64,000 nt of DNA from Candidatus Latescibacterota bacterium (GCA_965197905.1 CBDAOB010000005.1:1472001-1536000); one strand, 5' to 3'. Shown: positions 28,280 to 38,160, numbered from the stretch's first letter. Notes: a model not told the origin generated them from the letters alone. Numbers and translations: made by a program.

Positions 28280-28932
28280 GACGATTGAACTTCGCACGCT
28301 CTGTTCCATTTGCTATCGTACTGAGTGTTCTGGTTTTCGCTGGATGTAGCCAGAACTACAGCGACAAGCGGGCTCACGAGGCGTTGGCAGAGCGTGGGAT
28401 GAAAGCGGTAAAGGTGAAACCTAAGGAGGAGCGTGGTTCAACCGAGACGGTGGTCGGTCCCATCGATTACGGCGGCCTAACAGCTACGCCGCCATCGGGA
28501 TGGGAACAACTGACACCCTCCAGCTCCATGCGACTGGCAGAATTCAGCTTACCGGGAAAACCGGTGGGGAGTGGCGATGCGACCCTGGCAATATTCTACT
28601 TTGGACGGGGCCAGGGTGGCTCGGTTGAACAGAATATTGACCGCTGGTACAGCCAGTTCGAACAACCGGACGGCGGTTCCACGAAACAGGCGTCCCGACG
28701 GTGGCGAGACACCGTTTACGGAATGCCGGTCACAATGGTGGATATCGCCGGTAGCTTTACCGCGGGGATGGGTCCGGGCGCCGGGTCTGATAAACCAGCT
28801 ACGGGCTACCGTATGCTCGGGGCCATTGTCGAATCGGACAAAGGTCCGTATTTCTTCAAATTGATCGGTCCCGACGCCACAGTGTCGCACTGGAGCCAGA
28901 GCTTTACGACGTTCATTTCTAGCATTCGATAA
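28273..28932 (+). CDS. Uncharacterized lipoprotein
   Basis: Lipobox LVFAGC; PSGW...SSMRLAEF, GQGGSVEQNIDRW..QF, MLGAIV...GPYFFKLIGP. Confidence 0.7.
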   Translation: MLRRLNFARSVPFAIVLSVLVFAGCSQNYSDKRAHEALAERGMKAVKVKPKEERGSTETVVGPIDYGGLTATPPSGWEQLTPSSSMRLAEFSLPGKPVGSGDATLAIFYFGRGQGGSVEQNIDRWYSQFEQPDGGSTKQASRRWRDTVYGMPVTMVDIAGSFTAGMGPGAGSDKPATGYRMLGAIVESDKGPYFFKLIGPDATVSHWSQSFTTFISSIR

Positions 28933-28976
28933 GCTACAGTCTCAGTTTTTGGATATAGGAGAAGACGATCTTGTAC

Positions 28977-29813
28977 ATGCAGCTGGAGGACGAGTTCGGT
29001 GACGTGGTAGGCAAGGCGAGGCGCGGGCACGAGATATCCGTTTCAGACCTGGCGAAGCAGGTGGGAATCTCGGAAAACGACATCGAGCGGATCGAAAGCT
29101 ACGAGCTGACCCCGCCTGACGATACGATAGATGCCCTGGCCGCTCATCTGGAACTGGACTCCGCCAAGCTGCTGTCGGCAGCTAGCAAACGATTCTTCCC
29201 CCTCTATCCTTCAGGCCGTCCGGTGGAGGGGCTGGTGCTGGAAATGCTGGTGCTCGGTAGCGATTTCCTCATGAACGGCTACGTCGTCGGTTGTGTGGAA
29301 ACCCACAAGGGTGTGGTGATCGATCCGGGGTTCGATCCTGAAAAGATCCTCAAAGTGGTGGAAGCTGCCGAGCTTGACGTCGAAGAGGTGCTGCTGACCC
29401 ACGGCCACGGAGATCACACAGGTGCTCTGTCGGAGGTCTGCCAAGCCACTGGAGCGCCGGCGCGTATCAATCCTGCAGATGATCATCTTCTAGGCGGCCA
29501 ACGCACCAAGATCGAGGGTGAGATCGCGGCCGGGGATTCGATTGTCGTTGGAAATCAAAGGTTTTTGGTGGCCGCGACGCCGGGTCACACCCCCGGAGGC
29601 GTCAGCTTCATCCATGAAAGCGTGGCGATCGTAGGGGACGCGCTGTTCGCCGGCTCGGTAGGCGGTACTAAAAACCTCGGCGATTTTCAGATGCAGCAGA
29701 GCGCCGTGGCCGAGCAGCTACTGGTGCTCGACGAAAAGGTGCAGCTGTTTCCTGGGCACGGCCCCGCGACCAGCGTCGGGGAAGAGCGGTCGAACAATCC
29801 GTTTTTTACCTAG
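28977..29813 (+). CDS. XRE-type HTH fused to an MBL-fold metallo-hydrolase (glyoxalase II-like)
   Basis: GKARRGHEISVSDLAKQVGISENDIERIE (HTH); IDPG, THGHGDH, TPGHTPG, GDALFAGSVG, PGHGP, ERSNNPF. Confidence 0.88.
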   Translation: MQLEDEFGDVVGKARRGHEISVSDLAKQVGISENDIERIESYELTPPDDTIDALAAHLELDSAKLLSAASKRFFPLYPSGRPVEGLVLEMLVLGSDFLMNGYVVGCVETHKGVVIDPGFDPEKILKVVEAAELDVEEVLLTHGHGDHTGALSEVCQATGAPARINPADDHLLGGQRTKIEGEIAAGDSIVVGNQRFLVAATPGHTPGGVSFIHESVAIVGDALFAGSVGGTKNLGDFQMQQSAVAEQLLVLDEKVQLFPGHGPATSVGEERSNNPFFT

Positions 29814-29828
29814 CAGGCTCTGACTCGT

Positions 29829-32072
29829 GTGACAAAAGCCGCCCCACAAATAGTCGTAGAAGGGGCTGCTGAAGGACCTCTGCGTTCTCTGGACTTGGAG
29901 GTACCTCTCAACAGGCTCGTATGTTTCGCGGGGCGCAGCGGTTCCGGAAATCGTGCTCTGGCGCTTGACGTGCTGTGGGCCGAGAGTCGCCGGAGATACA
30001 CGATGGCACTCTCACCCCGAGATCGGGAGAAGCTGGGGGGGACCGCGAAGGTGGCTGTGGATCGCATTGCCGGCCTTCCCCCAGCGATGCTGGTCAACGG
30101 GCACAGAGTTAAGTCATTCGACACCGTAGCTTCCTTCCTTCAGCTAGATCGCCTACTCACTAGATTGTTTGTTGCCAGCGGCGAGCTCGCGTGCCCACGC
30201 TGTGGCGGCAGGTGTGCGAGCTTCTCGACAGAATCTGCTGCTGACCGGGTCATCGAAGGGTTTGCGGAACGCCGCTGTCACATTATCGCGCCCCTGGAGC
30301 TGTCCGCAGAATCCTCGTCTATGAGCAGCATTCTCGAACAGTTGATGGATGCCGGGTTCCGCCGGTTTTGGATTGACCGCGAGGAGTGCCTGTTGGAGGA
30401 GAGCGTCCCTGAGGACCTGCCCGCAAACGAATCGATCGCTGTTGTGGTCGACCGCATGGTCCCCAGAAGTTCGGAGCGACAGCGGTTGATCGAGTCCATC
30501 AACAACGCCCGTGCCATATCCCGTGGCAAAACGAAACTCCGCGATTTGGCAGCGGAGACCGATCTGCTCTTGAATAGGGATCCCACATGTACGGATTGCG
30601 GCAGCGTGTTTCGCTCTGCAAACGCCGAGCTTCTACTGCAGACGAACGGAAAAGATAAAGCAGAGGTTGTCCAGTATCGCTTGGGCGGCAAATCGGTGGA
30701 AGAAACACTGCAGCTTTCCTGCGCTGAGATCAGACAGTTTCTCAGCCGCGTCCCGGATGCGGAAGACATCCATGAACGGTGCGAAAGGCTGCTGTCGGAA
30801 ATGGCGGCGGCCGGATTATCTGCGATGCCGCCGGCGGCGCGGAATTCTCGGCTTTCCATGACCGAGCGCATGCGACTTGAGCTGGTATCCTGTGCCAACG
30901 ATGGGATGGCAGGTCTGCTTTACGTCGTTGAGAATCCAACCGCCGGAATGAACGACGAGGGGGCTGCGAGCCTCATCCCGGTGTTGCGCGTGTTGGTGGC
31001 GCGGGGGAACTCGGTATTGGTGGTCGACAATAGCCAAGCTGCGCTGGAAGTTGCCGACGTCGTGTTTCACTTCTCCAAAGGAGAGATCGTAGAGGAGAAG
31101 GTCGGAAAGGCGACCGGGACGCGAACGCGCTCGCGGAAGTCAAGCGAGCGGAAGCTCTTGGTCTCTGCTCGCGCAGATCCGCTTTTTGACAGGGTCGATG
31201 TGGAACTTCCCTGCCGGTGTCTGATCGGCGTCTGCGGCCCTGCCGCGTCGGGTAAAAGCTTCTTTCTCACCGAGGTTCTGGTTCCGGCGTTGATCGGTAA
31301 ATCGAAGGGTGCTCGTTCGGTCGCCGTCGGCGACGAAGCGGGCAAAAAGCGAGTCGTTCTGGTGTCACCCCAGACCGAAGCGCCGGGGAGTACTCTTCTT
31401 GCCGAGTTGGGACTCTCGGCTCATCTGGGGAATCTGTTTGCATCGACACCGGCCGCCATCGAGCGCGGGTATCCGGCCGAGTGGTTTCAGCTTGAATCGC
31501 CAGGGGGTCGCTGTAGTCAGTGCGAAGGCCGCGGGCTGTTGTCCTACGAATTGGGAATTTTGGAAGAGGTGGAGGTCGTTTGCCCTCGATGCCGAGGCAG
31601 CCGTTTCAGGAGCGAGCTATTGGAAGTGACCTTGAAAGGATCAAGTATTGCCGACCTCTTGTCCGCTACCGTTGATCAGTTCCGGGATCATTTCGGGAGG
31701 GACCAGAAGGTGCGGTCGCGGATGAACGCTCTAGTTTTGTGTGGGTTGGGTCACTGCCGATTGGGCCAGAGTAGTGCCACGCTCGAGCGCGGGGAGCGCG
31801 TCCTTCTTCGCCTCTCTGTAGAGTTGGGCTCGGTCAGCTCGCGGGATTTTATAGTCGTTACCGATGCGGCTGGCCTCGATCACCCGGACGACATCGCGGT
31901 TCTGGTCCGGGTTGCCGATGCGCTGGTGGCCAAAGGGGCGACGATCTTTTTCGAAACGAATGATCAGCGTATCCTGACAGAAGTTGACTGGTGGCTCGAG
32001 TTTGGTGAGAGAGCGAGTTCCGGAATCGCCGTCATCAAGAGCAGTGCGTCAACGCGACAAGACGCCGCCTAG
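29829..32072 (+). CDS. UvrA-like protein, shortened and with degenerate ATPase motifs
   Basis: Collinear with UvrA (EGA....LRSLDLEVP, AESRRRY, CPRC, VVVDR, CTDC, CSQCEGRG, CPRCRG.RF, GLGH.RLGQ...TL..GE). Walker A1 is GRSGSGNR and the signatures are altered. 747 aa. Confidence 0.82.
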   Translation: MTKAAPQIVVEGAAEGPLRSLDLEVPLNRLVCFAGRSGSGNRALALDVLWAESRRRYTMALSPRDREKLGGTAKVAVDRIAGLPPAMLVNGHRVKSFDTVASFLQLDRLLTRLFVASGELACPRCGGRCASFSTESAADRVIEGFAERRCHIIAPLELSAESSSMSSILEQLMDAGFRRFWIDREECLLEESVPEDLPANESIAVVVDRMVPRSSERQRLIESINNARAISRGKTKLRDLAAETDLLLNRDPTCTDCGSVFRSANAELLLQTNGKDKAEVVQYRLGGKSVEETLQLSCAEIRQFLSRVPDAEDIHERCERLLSEMAAAGLSAMPPAARNSRLSMTERMRLELVSCANDGMAGLLYVVENPTAGMNDEGAASLIPVLRVLVARGNSVLVVDNSQAALEVADVVFHFSKGEIVEEKVGKATGTRTRSRKSSERKLLVSARADPLFDRVDVELPCRCLIGVCGPAASGKSFFLTEVLVPALIGKSKGARSVAVGDEAGKKRVVLVSPQTEAPGSTLLAELGLSAHLGNLFASTPAAIERGYPAEWFQLESPGGRCSQCEGRGLLSYELGILEEVEVVCPRCRGSRFRSELLEVTLKGSSIADLLSATVDQFRDHFGRDQKVRSRMNALVLCGLGHCRLGQSSATLERGERVLLRLSVELGSVSSRDFIVVTDAAGLDHPDDIAVLVRVADALVAKGATIFFETNDQRILTEVDWWLEFGERASSGIAVIKSSASTRQDAA

Positions 32073-32181
32073 GAAAGTCTGATTCTCCAGATGGGGTTGA
32101 AAATATTCCACTTGAACATGATATTTGGCATTGTCTACCGCAGGGGTTCTGCCAAGTGTTCCCCATAGCCGAAATCTGCAG

Positions 32182-32649
32182 ATGAGCATCGAACAGGATC
32201 TCAGCGCCGAGAAAGTATCGCACCTGGACCTCACCAGTTTCTCCCAGGTGCCCTCCGGCACACCTATTCACGAAGTCATAGGGATCATGCGCGATCAGCA
32301 ATTGAGTGCGGTCCTTGTGACTGAGCAGGATCGCCTGATCGGGATTTTCACGGAGCGCGACGTGCTCTCGCGGGTGGCGGACGAGCCATCTACCTGGAAG
32401 TTGCCGGTTGACGACATGATGACCGATTCGCCACAAACGGTTTCGCCCGACGCTAGGGTGCAAGAGGCGTTACACTTGATGAATGCCGGGCACTACCGCA
32501 ATGTTCCCGTCGTCGCCCGCGACGGCCAGGTTGTTGGAAATCTCTCCCAATACAGCATCGTCAAATTTCTCACTGACCATTATCCCCGGGAGATCTACAA
32601 TCTTCCACCCGACCCCGAGTCGATACCGAGGACGCGGGAAGGTGCGTAA
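32182..32649 (+). CDS. CBS domain pair protein
   Basis: LIGIFTERDVL, MMTDSPQTV, MNAGHYRNVPVV. Confidence 0.9.
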   Translation: MSIEQDLSAEKVSHLDLTSFSQVPSGTPIHEVIGIMRDQQLSAVLVTEQDRLIGIFTERDVLSRVADEPSTWKLPVDDMMTDSPQTVSPDARVQEALHLMNAGHYRNVPVVARDGQVVGNLSQYSIVKFLTDHYPREIYNLPPDPESIPRTREGA

Positions 32650-32729
32650 CGGGTGACACCTCCGCGCGAACGCCGCACCAAAGCCCGCTTCTCAACGACG
32701 ATGTCAGGCGTGTACGAGGAGGGCAAGTA

Positions 32730-34664
32730 ATGCCCAAAACGAAACTGTCGGTTGTGGGGGAGAAGAAACCTTCGGCGGATCGCGCTTCCGGGAACCACAA
32801 AACGTGGGTGGCCGAGACGGATGGGGTGCCGGAAAACAATCTCGACGCCCAGGATTCGGTGGTGATTCGGTTCTCCGGTGATTCCGGCGACGGGATGCAG
32901 CTCACGGGAACCCAGTTCACGAATACCTCCGCCATTCTCGGCAACGATGTCAGCACGTTTCCCGATTTCCCGGCCGAGATTCGCGCTCCCGTTGGAACGG
33001 TCGCGGGTCTAAGCGGCTTCCAGGTCAACTTTTCCTCGAATGAGGTCTACACCGCCGGTGATGCGCCAATGGTGTTGGTGGCGATGAATCCGGCAGCGTT
33101 GAAAGCCAATCTAGGTGATCTGGAGCCGGGCGGAATCATCATCGTCAACACCGACGCGTTTACGCGGAACAACCTGCGCAAAGCAGGGTACGAGATGAAT
33201 CCTCTCGACGATGATTCACTCTCTTCCTATGAGATCCATCGGGTGCCGCTCACCACGCTCAACCGTAGCGCCCTTCAGGACATCGAGGGTTTGACCAATC
33301 ATCAGAAGGACCTCTGCAAGAATTCATTTGCCCTTGGTTTGACTTATTGGATGTTCGACCGACCCCTCGAGCAAACCCTGGGGTTCTTCGAACAGAAATT
33401 TGCCAAACGCCCGACTGTCATCGAGGCGAATACCCGGTCGTTGAAAGCGGGGTACTACTTCGGTGAAACGACCGAAGCCTTTCAGAGTCGCGTTAGCGTA
33501 CCGCGGCGCACGGTGCTCGATCCGGGCACCTATCGGCGCGTAACCGGCAACGAGGCACTGGTGATGGGGCTGGTTACGGCGTCGAAGAAAGCCAGACGCC
33601 ACCTCGTATACGCGAGTTATCCGATTACTCCGGCAAGCACCATATTGGAAGAGCTGGCGGCTTTAAAAAATTTCGGCGTCCGCACGTTTCAAGCCGAGGA
33701 CGAGATCGCGGCGATCGGGGCGGCGATCGGCGCTGCGTTCGGCGGAGCCTTGGCGGTAACCGCCAGCAGCGGCCCCGGAATTGCGCTCAAGAGCGAGGGC
33801 ATGAATCTAGCGGTGGTGCTCGAATTACCCATGGTGATCATCGATATCCAGCGCGGAGGGCCCAGCACCGGACTGCCTACGAAAACGGAACAGACCGATC
33901 TTCTCCAGGTTCTCTTCGGCCGCAATGGCGAAAGCCCGATCCCGGTTTTGGCTGCGTCGACTCCCAGCGACTGTTTTGAGACCGCGATTGACGCTTGCCG
34001 GATTGCCATTCGCTCCATGACGCCGGTGGTGCTCGTCTCGGACGGGTATCTCGCAACCGGCTCTGAACCGTGGAAAATTCCGGATCCGTCCTCGATTGAA
34101 CGAATCAAGATCGAGAAGCTGAAGGATCCGTCTGGATACCAACCGTACGCCAGGTCGGATGCGACCCTGGCGCGATCCTGGGTCACTCCGGGCACGGCCG
34201 GATTCGAGCATCGCATCGGCGGATTGGGTAAGCAGGATGTGACCGGGAATGTATCCTACCTGCCGGAAGACCACGAGCACATGGTCCGTATGCGCCATGC
34301 AAAGGTTGCCCGCGTCGCTGACTTCATTCCCGATGTCGAGGTTTTCGGGCCCGAGAGGGGCGAGCTACTCGTACTTGGTTGGGGGGGTACCTTCGGTCCT
34401 ATTCGCGCCGCCGTCGAACGGACTCAGGGAGAAGGCAAATCGGTGGCGAGCGCGCACCTGCGGCACTTGAATCCGTTTCCGAAGAATCTCGGCGAGGTGC
34501 TCGACAGCTACGATCGCGTTCTACTGCCGGAACTCAATCTGGGTCAGCTGGCGATGCTGATTCGGGCGGCCTACAACGTTCAGGTGGAGTCCTACAACAA
34601 GGTGCAGGGACAGCCGTTCAAGATAGGCGAAATTGAAGAGCAGATTCGACAACTGCTAGGGTAG
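32730..34664 (+). CDS. korA: 2-oxoacid:ferredoxin oxidoreductase alpha subunit (fused gamma-alpha)
   Basis: IRFSGDSGDGMQLTG, FPAEIRAP, YPITPAS, QAEDEIAA, SSGPG, QRGGPSTGLPTK. Confidence 0.95.
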   Translation: MPKTKLSVVGEKKPSADRASGNHKTWVAETDGVPENNLDAQDSVVIRFSGDSGDGMQLTGTQFTNTSAILGNDVSTFPDFPAEIRAPVGTVAGLSGFQVNFSSNEVYTAGDAPMVLVAMNPAALKANLGDLEPGGIIIVNTDAFTRNNLRKAGYEMNPLDDDSLSSYEIHRVPLTTLNRSALQDIEGLTNHQKDLCKNSFALGLTYWMFDRPLEQTLGFFEQKFAKRPTVIEANTRSLKAGYYFGETTEAFQSRVSVPRRTVLDPGTYRRVTGNEALVMGLVTASKKARRHLVYASYPITPASTILEELAALKNFGVRTFQAEDEIAAIGAAIGAAFGGALAVTASSGPGIALKSEGMNLAVVLELPMVIIDIQRGGPSTGLPTKTEQTDLLQVLFGRNGESPIPVLAASTPSDCFETAIDACRIAIRSMTPVVLVSDGYLATGSEPWKIPDPSSIERIKIEKLKDPSGYQPYARSDATLARSWVTPGTAGFEHRIGGLGKQDVTGNVSYLPEDHEHMVRMRHAKVARVADFIPDVEVFGPERGELLVLGWGGTFGPIRAAVERTQGEGKSVASAHLRHLNPFPKNLGEVLDSYDRVLLPELNLGQLAMLIRAAYNVQVESYNKVQGQPFKIGEIEEQIRQLLG

Positions 34665-34702
34665 AGATACGTGAGCATCATTTCACAGAGAGGAGCACGG
34701 GA

Positions 34703-35749
34703 ATGACCGAGGCCGCGGCGGAGCAGAAGCTGACCAGGAAGGATTACGTCTCCGACCAGGACGTGCGCTGGTGTCCAGGTTGCGGCGACTACGCCATTCT
34801 GGCGCAGATGCAGAAGATGCTGCCGGAGATCGGAATTCCGCGTGAAAGTCTGGTTTTCGTCTCGGGAATCGGATGCTCCAGTCGCTTCCCTTATTACATG
34901 AACGCCTACGGGATACACGGCATCCACGGGCGCGCACCGACCATCGCCACCGGCCTCAAGCTTGCCAATCCGGAACTCAGCGTGTGGGTGATCACCGGAG
35001 ATGGCGACGGCCTCTCTATTGGCGGAAATCACCTGGTGCACTGTCTGCGGCGCAACGTGGACGTCAAGATTATTCTGTTCAACAACCGGGTATACGGCTT
35101 GACCAAGGGACAGTACTCTCCCACCTCGCTTCCGGGCCATCGTACCAAGAGCTCTCCGTTAGGCTCGGTGGACTACGCCTTCAAACCGCTCTCGGTAGCG
35201 CTGGGGACAGAGGCTTCGTTTGTCGCCCGCACCCAGGATACCAACACCAAACACCTCAGCGAGATTCTGCACCGCGCGGCGTTGCACAAGGGAACCGCGT
35301 TCGTCGAGATATTTCAAAACTGCGTCGTTTACCATCCCACCGCCTGGGACCACACGACGAACGCGGACAGACGCGATGACAACACCCTTTTTCTCGAGGA
35401 TGGCGCACCATTGATTTTTGGCAAGGACATGGACAAGGGTATTCGCCTCAATGGCATGGAACCGGAAGTCGTGAGTCTGGGACGGGGTGTGGAAGAAGCA
35501 GATCTGTTGGTTCACCGGGAATCCCTCGAAAGCACAAACTACGCCCATATGCTCAGTCGTATGGAACATCCCAGTTTTCCGGTTCCGTTCGGCGTGCTGA
35601 GGGCGGTAGAGCGGCCTTCCTACCACGAGCTGGTGCTCAACCAGGTGGAGCAGGCGATCGGGGAATCGGGAGACGGTGACCTGGAGGATTTGTACCGCAA
35701 CAGCGATACGTGGGAAGCCGATGAAGCCGGCTTGCCCATGGCCAGCTAA
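34703..35749 (+). CDS. korB: 2-oxoacid:ferredoxin oxidoreductase beta subunit
   Basis: WCPGCGD, SGIGCSSR, HGRA, GDGD.LSIGGNH, NNRVYGLTKGQYSPT. Confidence 0.95.
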   Translation: MTEAAAEQKLTRKDYVSDQDVRWCPGCGDYAILAQMQKMLPEIGIPRESLVFVSGIGCSSRFPYYMNAYGIHGIHGRAPTIATGLKLANPELSVWVITGDGDGLSIGGNHLVHCLRRNVDVKIILFNNRVYGLTKGQYSPTSLPGHRTKSSPLGSVDYAFKPLSVALGTEASFVARTQDTNTKHLSEILHRAALHKGTAFVEIFQNCVVYHPTAWDHTTNADRRDDNTLFLEDGAPLIFGKDMDKGIRLNGMEPEVVSLGRGVEEADLLVHRESLESTNYAHMLSRMEHPSFPVPFGVLRAVERPSYHELVLNQVEQAIGESGDGDLEDLYRNSDTWEADEAGLPMAS

Positions 35750-35764
35750 GGAGTAGAATTTGGC

Positions 35765-36289
35765 ATGATCTGTCCCTCTTGCGGATACGACAATATCTCG
35801 GGCAGCGACGTCTGCGAGGAGTGTCAACAAAGTTTGACCGTTGAACTTCAAGTCGAGTCGGACGCACCCACCATTCTCAATAAGCGCCTTTCTCTGCTCA
35901 ATCCCCGCCAACCGGAATGCGTTGGCCTCAAAACGACAGTCGACCAGGCGATAGAGCATTTGAAGGGTAAAAACGTCGGCTGTGTGATGGTCACCGGAGA
36001 GCGCGGTGAGCTGGTGGGGATTTTCACGGAGCGGGACGTGTTATATCGAGTGGCCGGCCTGGTGGAGCAGTTGAACGAGATTTTCGTCGAATCCGTGATG
36101 ACCCCACGCCCAACGAGCTTGAAACCGTTTATGTCGATTGCTCAGGCATGCCACCTCATGGGGCTGCACGGTTTCCGTCACATCCCGCTGGTCGATGAAC
36201 AGGAACGTCCCGTGGGTTTTATATCTCTGCGGGATATCGTCAACTTCATCGAGGAAAATTTCGCCACCGAAAAAGCTTCCTCCAACTGA
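35765..36289 (+). CDS. Zinc-ribbon plus CBS domain pair protein
   Basis: MICPSCG..N..GSDVCEECQ; LVGIFTERDVL; VMTPRP; GFRHIPLVD. Confidence 0.9.
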   Translation: MICPSCGYDNISGSDVCEECQQSLTVELQVESDAPTILNKRLSLLNPRQPECVGLKTTVDQAIEHLKGKNVGCVMVTGERGELVGIFTERDVLYRVAGLVEQLNEIFVESVMTPRPTSLKPFMSIAQACHLMGLHGFRHIPLVDEQERPVGFISLRDIVNFIEENFATEKASSN

Positions 36290-36313
36290 ATTCGAAACGC
36301 GTTCCAATGAATG

Positions 36314-36349
36314 ACGAGGACCGGGCGATTTCTCCCGTCCTCGTTTTTT
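36314..36349 (+). terminator. Rho-independent terminator closing the CBS-korAB-CBS unit
   Basis: ACGAGGACCGGG...CCCGTCCTCGT followed by TTTTT. Confidence 0.75.
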
Positions 36350-36368
36350 GCGAAAGCGGGCAACCCCG

Positions 36369-36848
36369 ATGAGAGTACCGAGAGTAATACTGCCGCTGGC
36401 GTGTCTTCAGATCGCCATTTTAGGAGGCCCTGCGCAATGCGAGATCAGGAGCGGAGATCTAGAATTCACCCGCTCGATCAAGGAAGGGGAATGGCTTCGG
36501 GTCCAACTCGATCTTCTCGCCCTGCGGTTGAGTTATCCCGCTTACCGCATAAGCCTGTCTCTGGACGAAGAAAACCTCGTCGAGTTCACCTTCCTCAACA
36601 GTAGTGGCTTGGCGGATGATATGGTAAAAATGGGGAGAGCGGACACCGAGAAGATGTTGAAGTATCACGCCGAGGGAATCGGCTTTCAGGTTGAAGCCTT
36701 GATCGAGAACCTGTTTCCGAAGCTGTGGTCGAGTTTTGATGGAGACGTCGACTTCAAGGGTGAATTTCTGGTACCGGGTGAGAATCCCGAGGATGGCGCA
36801 AGAAAATTGGCCTACTGGCGACGGGGCAGATTCCACTGGAGCCAATAG
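36369..36848 (+). CDS. Hypothetical exported protein
   Basis: Signal-peptide-like N-terminus MRVPRVILPLACLQIAILGGPAQC; no recognised motif. Confidence 0.6.
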   Translation: MRVPRVILPLACLQIAILGGPAQCEIRSGDLEFTRSIKEGEWLRVQLDLLALRLSYPAYRISLSLDEENLVEFTFLNSSGLADDMVKMGRADTEKMLKYHAEGIGFQVEALIENLFPKLWSSFDGDVDFKGEFLVPGENPEDGARKLAYWRRGRFHWSQ

Positions 36849-36859
36849 GTCACCGCTCC

Positions 36860-37066
36860 CTATTCGGGATCGTGGGAACGAATATCTCCGACCACGGTCT
36901 CGTCCAGGGCGATGTATTTGTCAATGGTCGGCTCTTCCGTCGTTATCAACCAACCTTCCACCTCTCTTCCAAACACCGAAATCGTTTTCGGTTCGACCTG
37001 GATAACCTTCGAGAAACGGGTGTGTTTCTCACGGTTCGTACAAAAGAAGGTCTGACGGCGCGTCAT
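36860..37066 (-). CDS. Small hypothetical protein (about 68 aa)
   Basis: Follows hemE directly after GAGAAAGGA: MTRRQTFFCTNREKHTRFSKVIQVEP...; natural-looking composition. Confidence 0.5.
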   Translation of the reverse strand: MTRRQTFFCTNREKHTRFSKVIQVEPKTISVFGREVEGWLITTEEPTIDKYIALDETVVGDIRSHDPE

Positions 37067-37073
37067 TCCTTTC

Positions 37074-38135
37074 TCAACCATTTCCATCTGCGGTACCTGC
37101 CTTCTGTCTGCGTGAGGCGGAATACTCGTGTACTACTTCCACGAGGCGGCGCACCATATCTACCGGTGTGTTGGGCAACAGACCATGACCCAAATTAAAG
37201 ATATGGGGTCGATCCCCCACGTCGTCAACAATTCTCTGTGCCTCACGAACTATATTTTCTTCCTTTCCCAGCAATATGCACGGGTCCAGATTGCCCTGCA
37301 GCGGAGTGGCGTCGCCGAGTATTTCATACGCCTGTTTCGGAGAGATGCGCCAATCGATGCTTACGACGTCCGCTCCCGCCTGTTTGATCAACGGCAAGAG
37401 ATGCGACGCGCCGAGCCCGAAATAGATGCGTGGCACCTGGCAGCTTTCGAGCTCGGCGAAGACCCGCTGCAAATGGGGCAGCGCCAGACGTTCGAAATCG
37501 AGGGTCGATAGAATCCCGATAGAGGTATCGAAAATCTGCAGCGCCCTCGCGCCAGCTTCCACCTGGCTGCGCAGGTAGACAATCAGTGCCGCGGTCAACT
37601 TGCCCATCAGGTCCTCCCCTGCGACCGGTTCCGCATGGAGGAAGCTCCTGAAGGTAGAGAAGTCTTTTGACCCGGTTCCTTCCACTGCCCAGGAAGCAAG
37701 GGTGAACGGCCCGCCTCCGTACCCTATCAACGGCACCTCCGGAGGCAGCGCAGCGCACACCTGGCGCACCGTCTGCGGCACGAACGGTATATCAGTTTCC
37801 ATGTCGATCGGCTGCAACCGGGCCACATCCTCTACGCTGCGAACCGGATTGCTGAAAACGGGCCCGGGGTCGTAGCGGAAGTCGAATCCCAGCGGTTCCA
37901 AGGGTGTGACCAGGTCGGCGAAGAGAATGGCCGCGTCTACGTTCAGCTGCTCCACCGGCATAAGCGTTATTTCCGTCGCCAGGTCGGGCGATTTGAACAT
38001 AACCTCGAGAGAGCCGGTTTTGTCGCGGATGTCGCGGTACGGTTTGAGGATGCGCCCTGCTTGCCGCATCAGCCAAATCGGCGTCGTGGCAGGCAAGCTG
38101 CCGCCGCAGGCGGCGAGAAATGGATTTGAATTCAC
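37074..38135 (-). CDS. hemE: Uroporphyrinogen decarboxylase
   Basis: PIWLMRQAGR, DAAILFAD, PLIGYGGGPFTLA, LQIFD, SIDW, LQGNLDP, HIFNLGHG. Confidence 0.96.
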   Translation of the reverse strand: MNSNPFLAACGGSLPATTPIWLMRQAGRILKPYRDIRDKTGSLEVMFKSPDLATEITLMPVEQLNVDAAILFADLVTPLEPLGFDFRYDPGPVFSNPVRSVEDVARLQPIDMETDIPFVPQTVRQVCAALPPEVPLIGYGGGPFTLASWAVEGTGSKDFSTFRSFLHAEPVAGEDLMGKLTAALIVYLRSQVEAGARALQIFDTSIGILSTLDFERLALPHLQRVFAELESCQVPRIYFGLGASHLLPLIKQAGADVVSIDWRISPKQAYEILGDATPLQGNLDPCILLGKEENIVREAQRIVDDVGDRPHIFNLGHGLLPNTPVDMVRRLVEVVHEYSASRRQKAGTADGNG

Positions 38136-38160
38136 GAGAGAAGCGGAGGTGTTACGGACC

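Noticed and set aside
32125..32142. sigma54 promoter (TGGCA...GC) before the CBS-korAB unit
   Set aside because: GG-to-GC spacing is one base too long and the TT before GC is missing.
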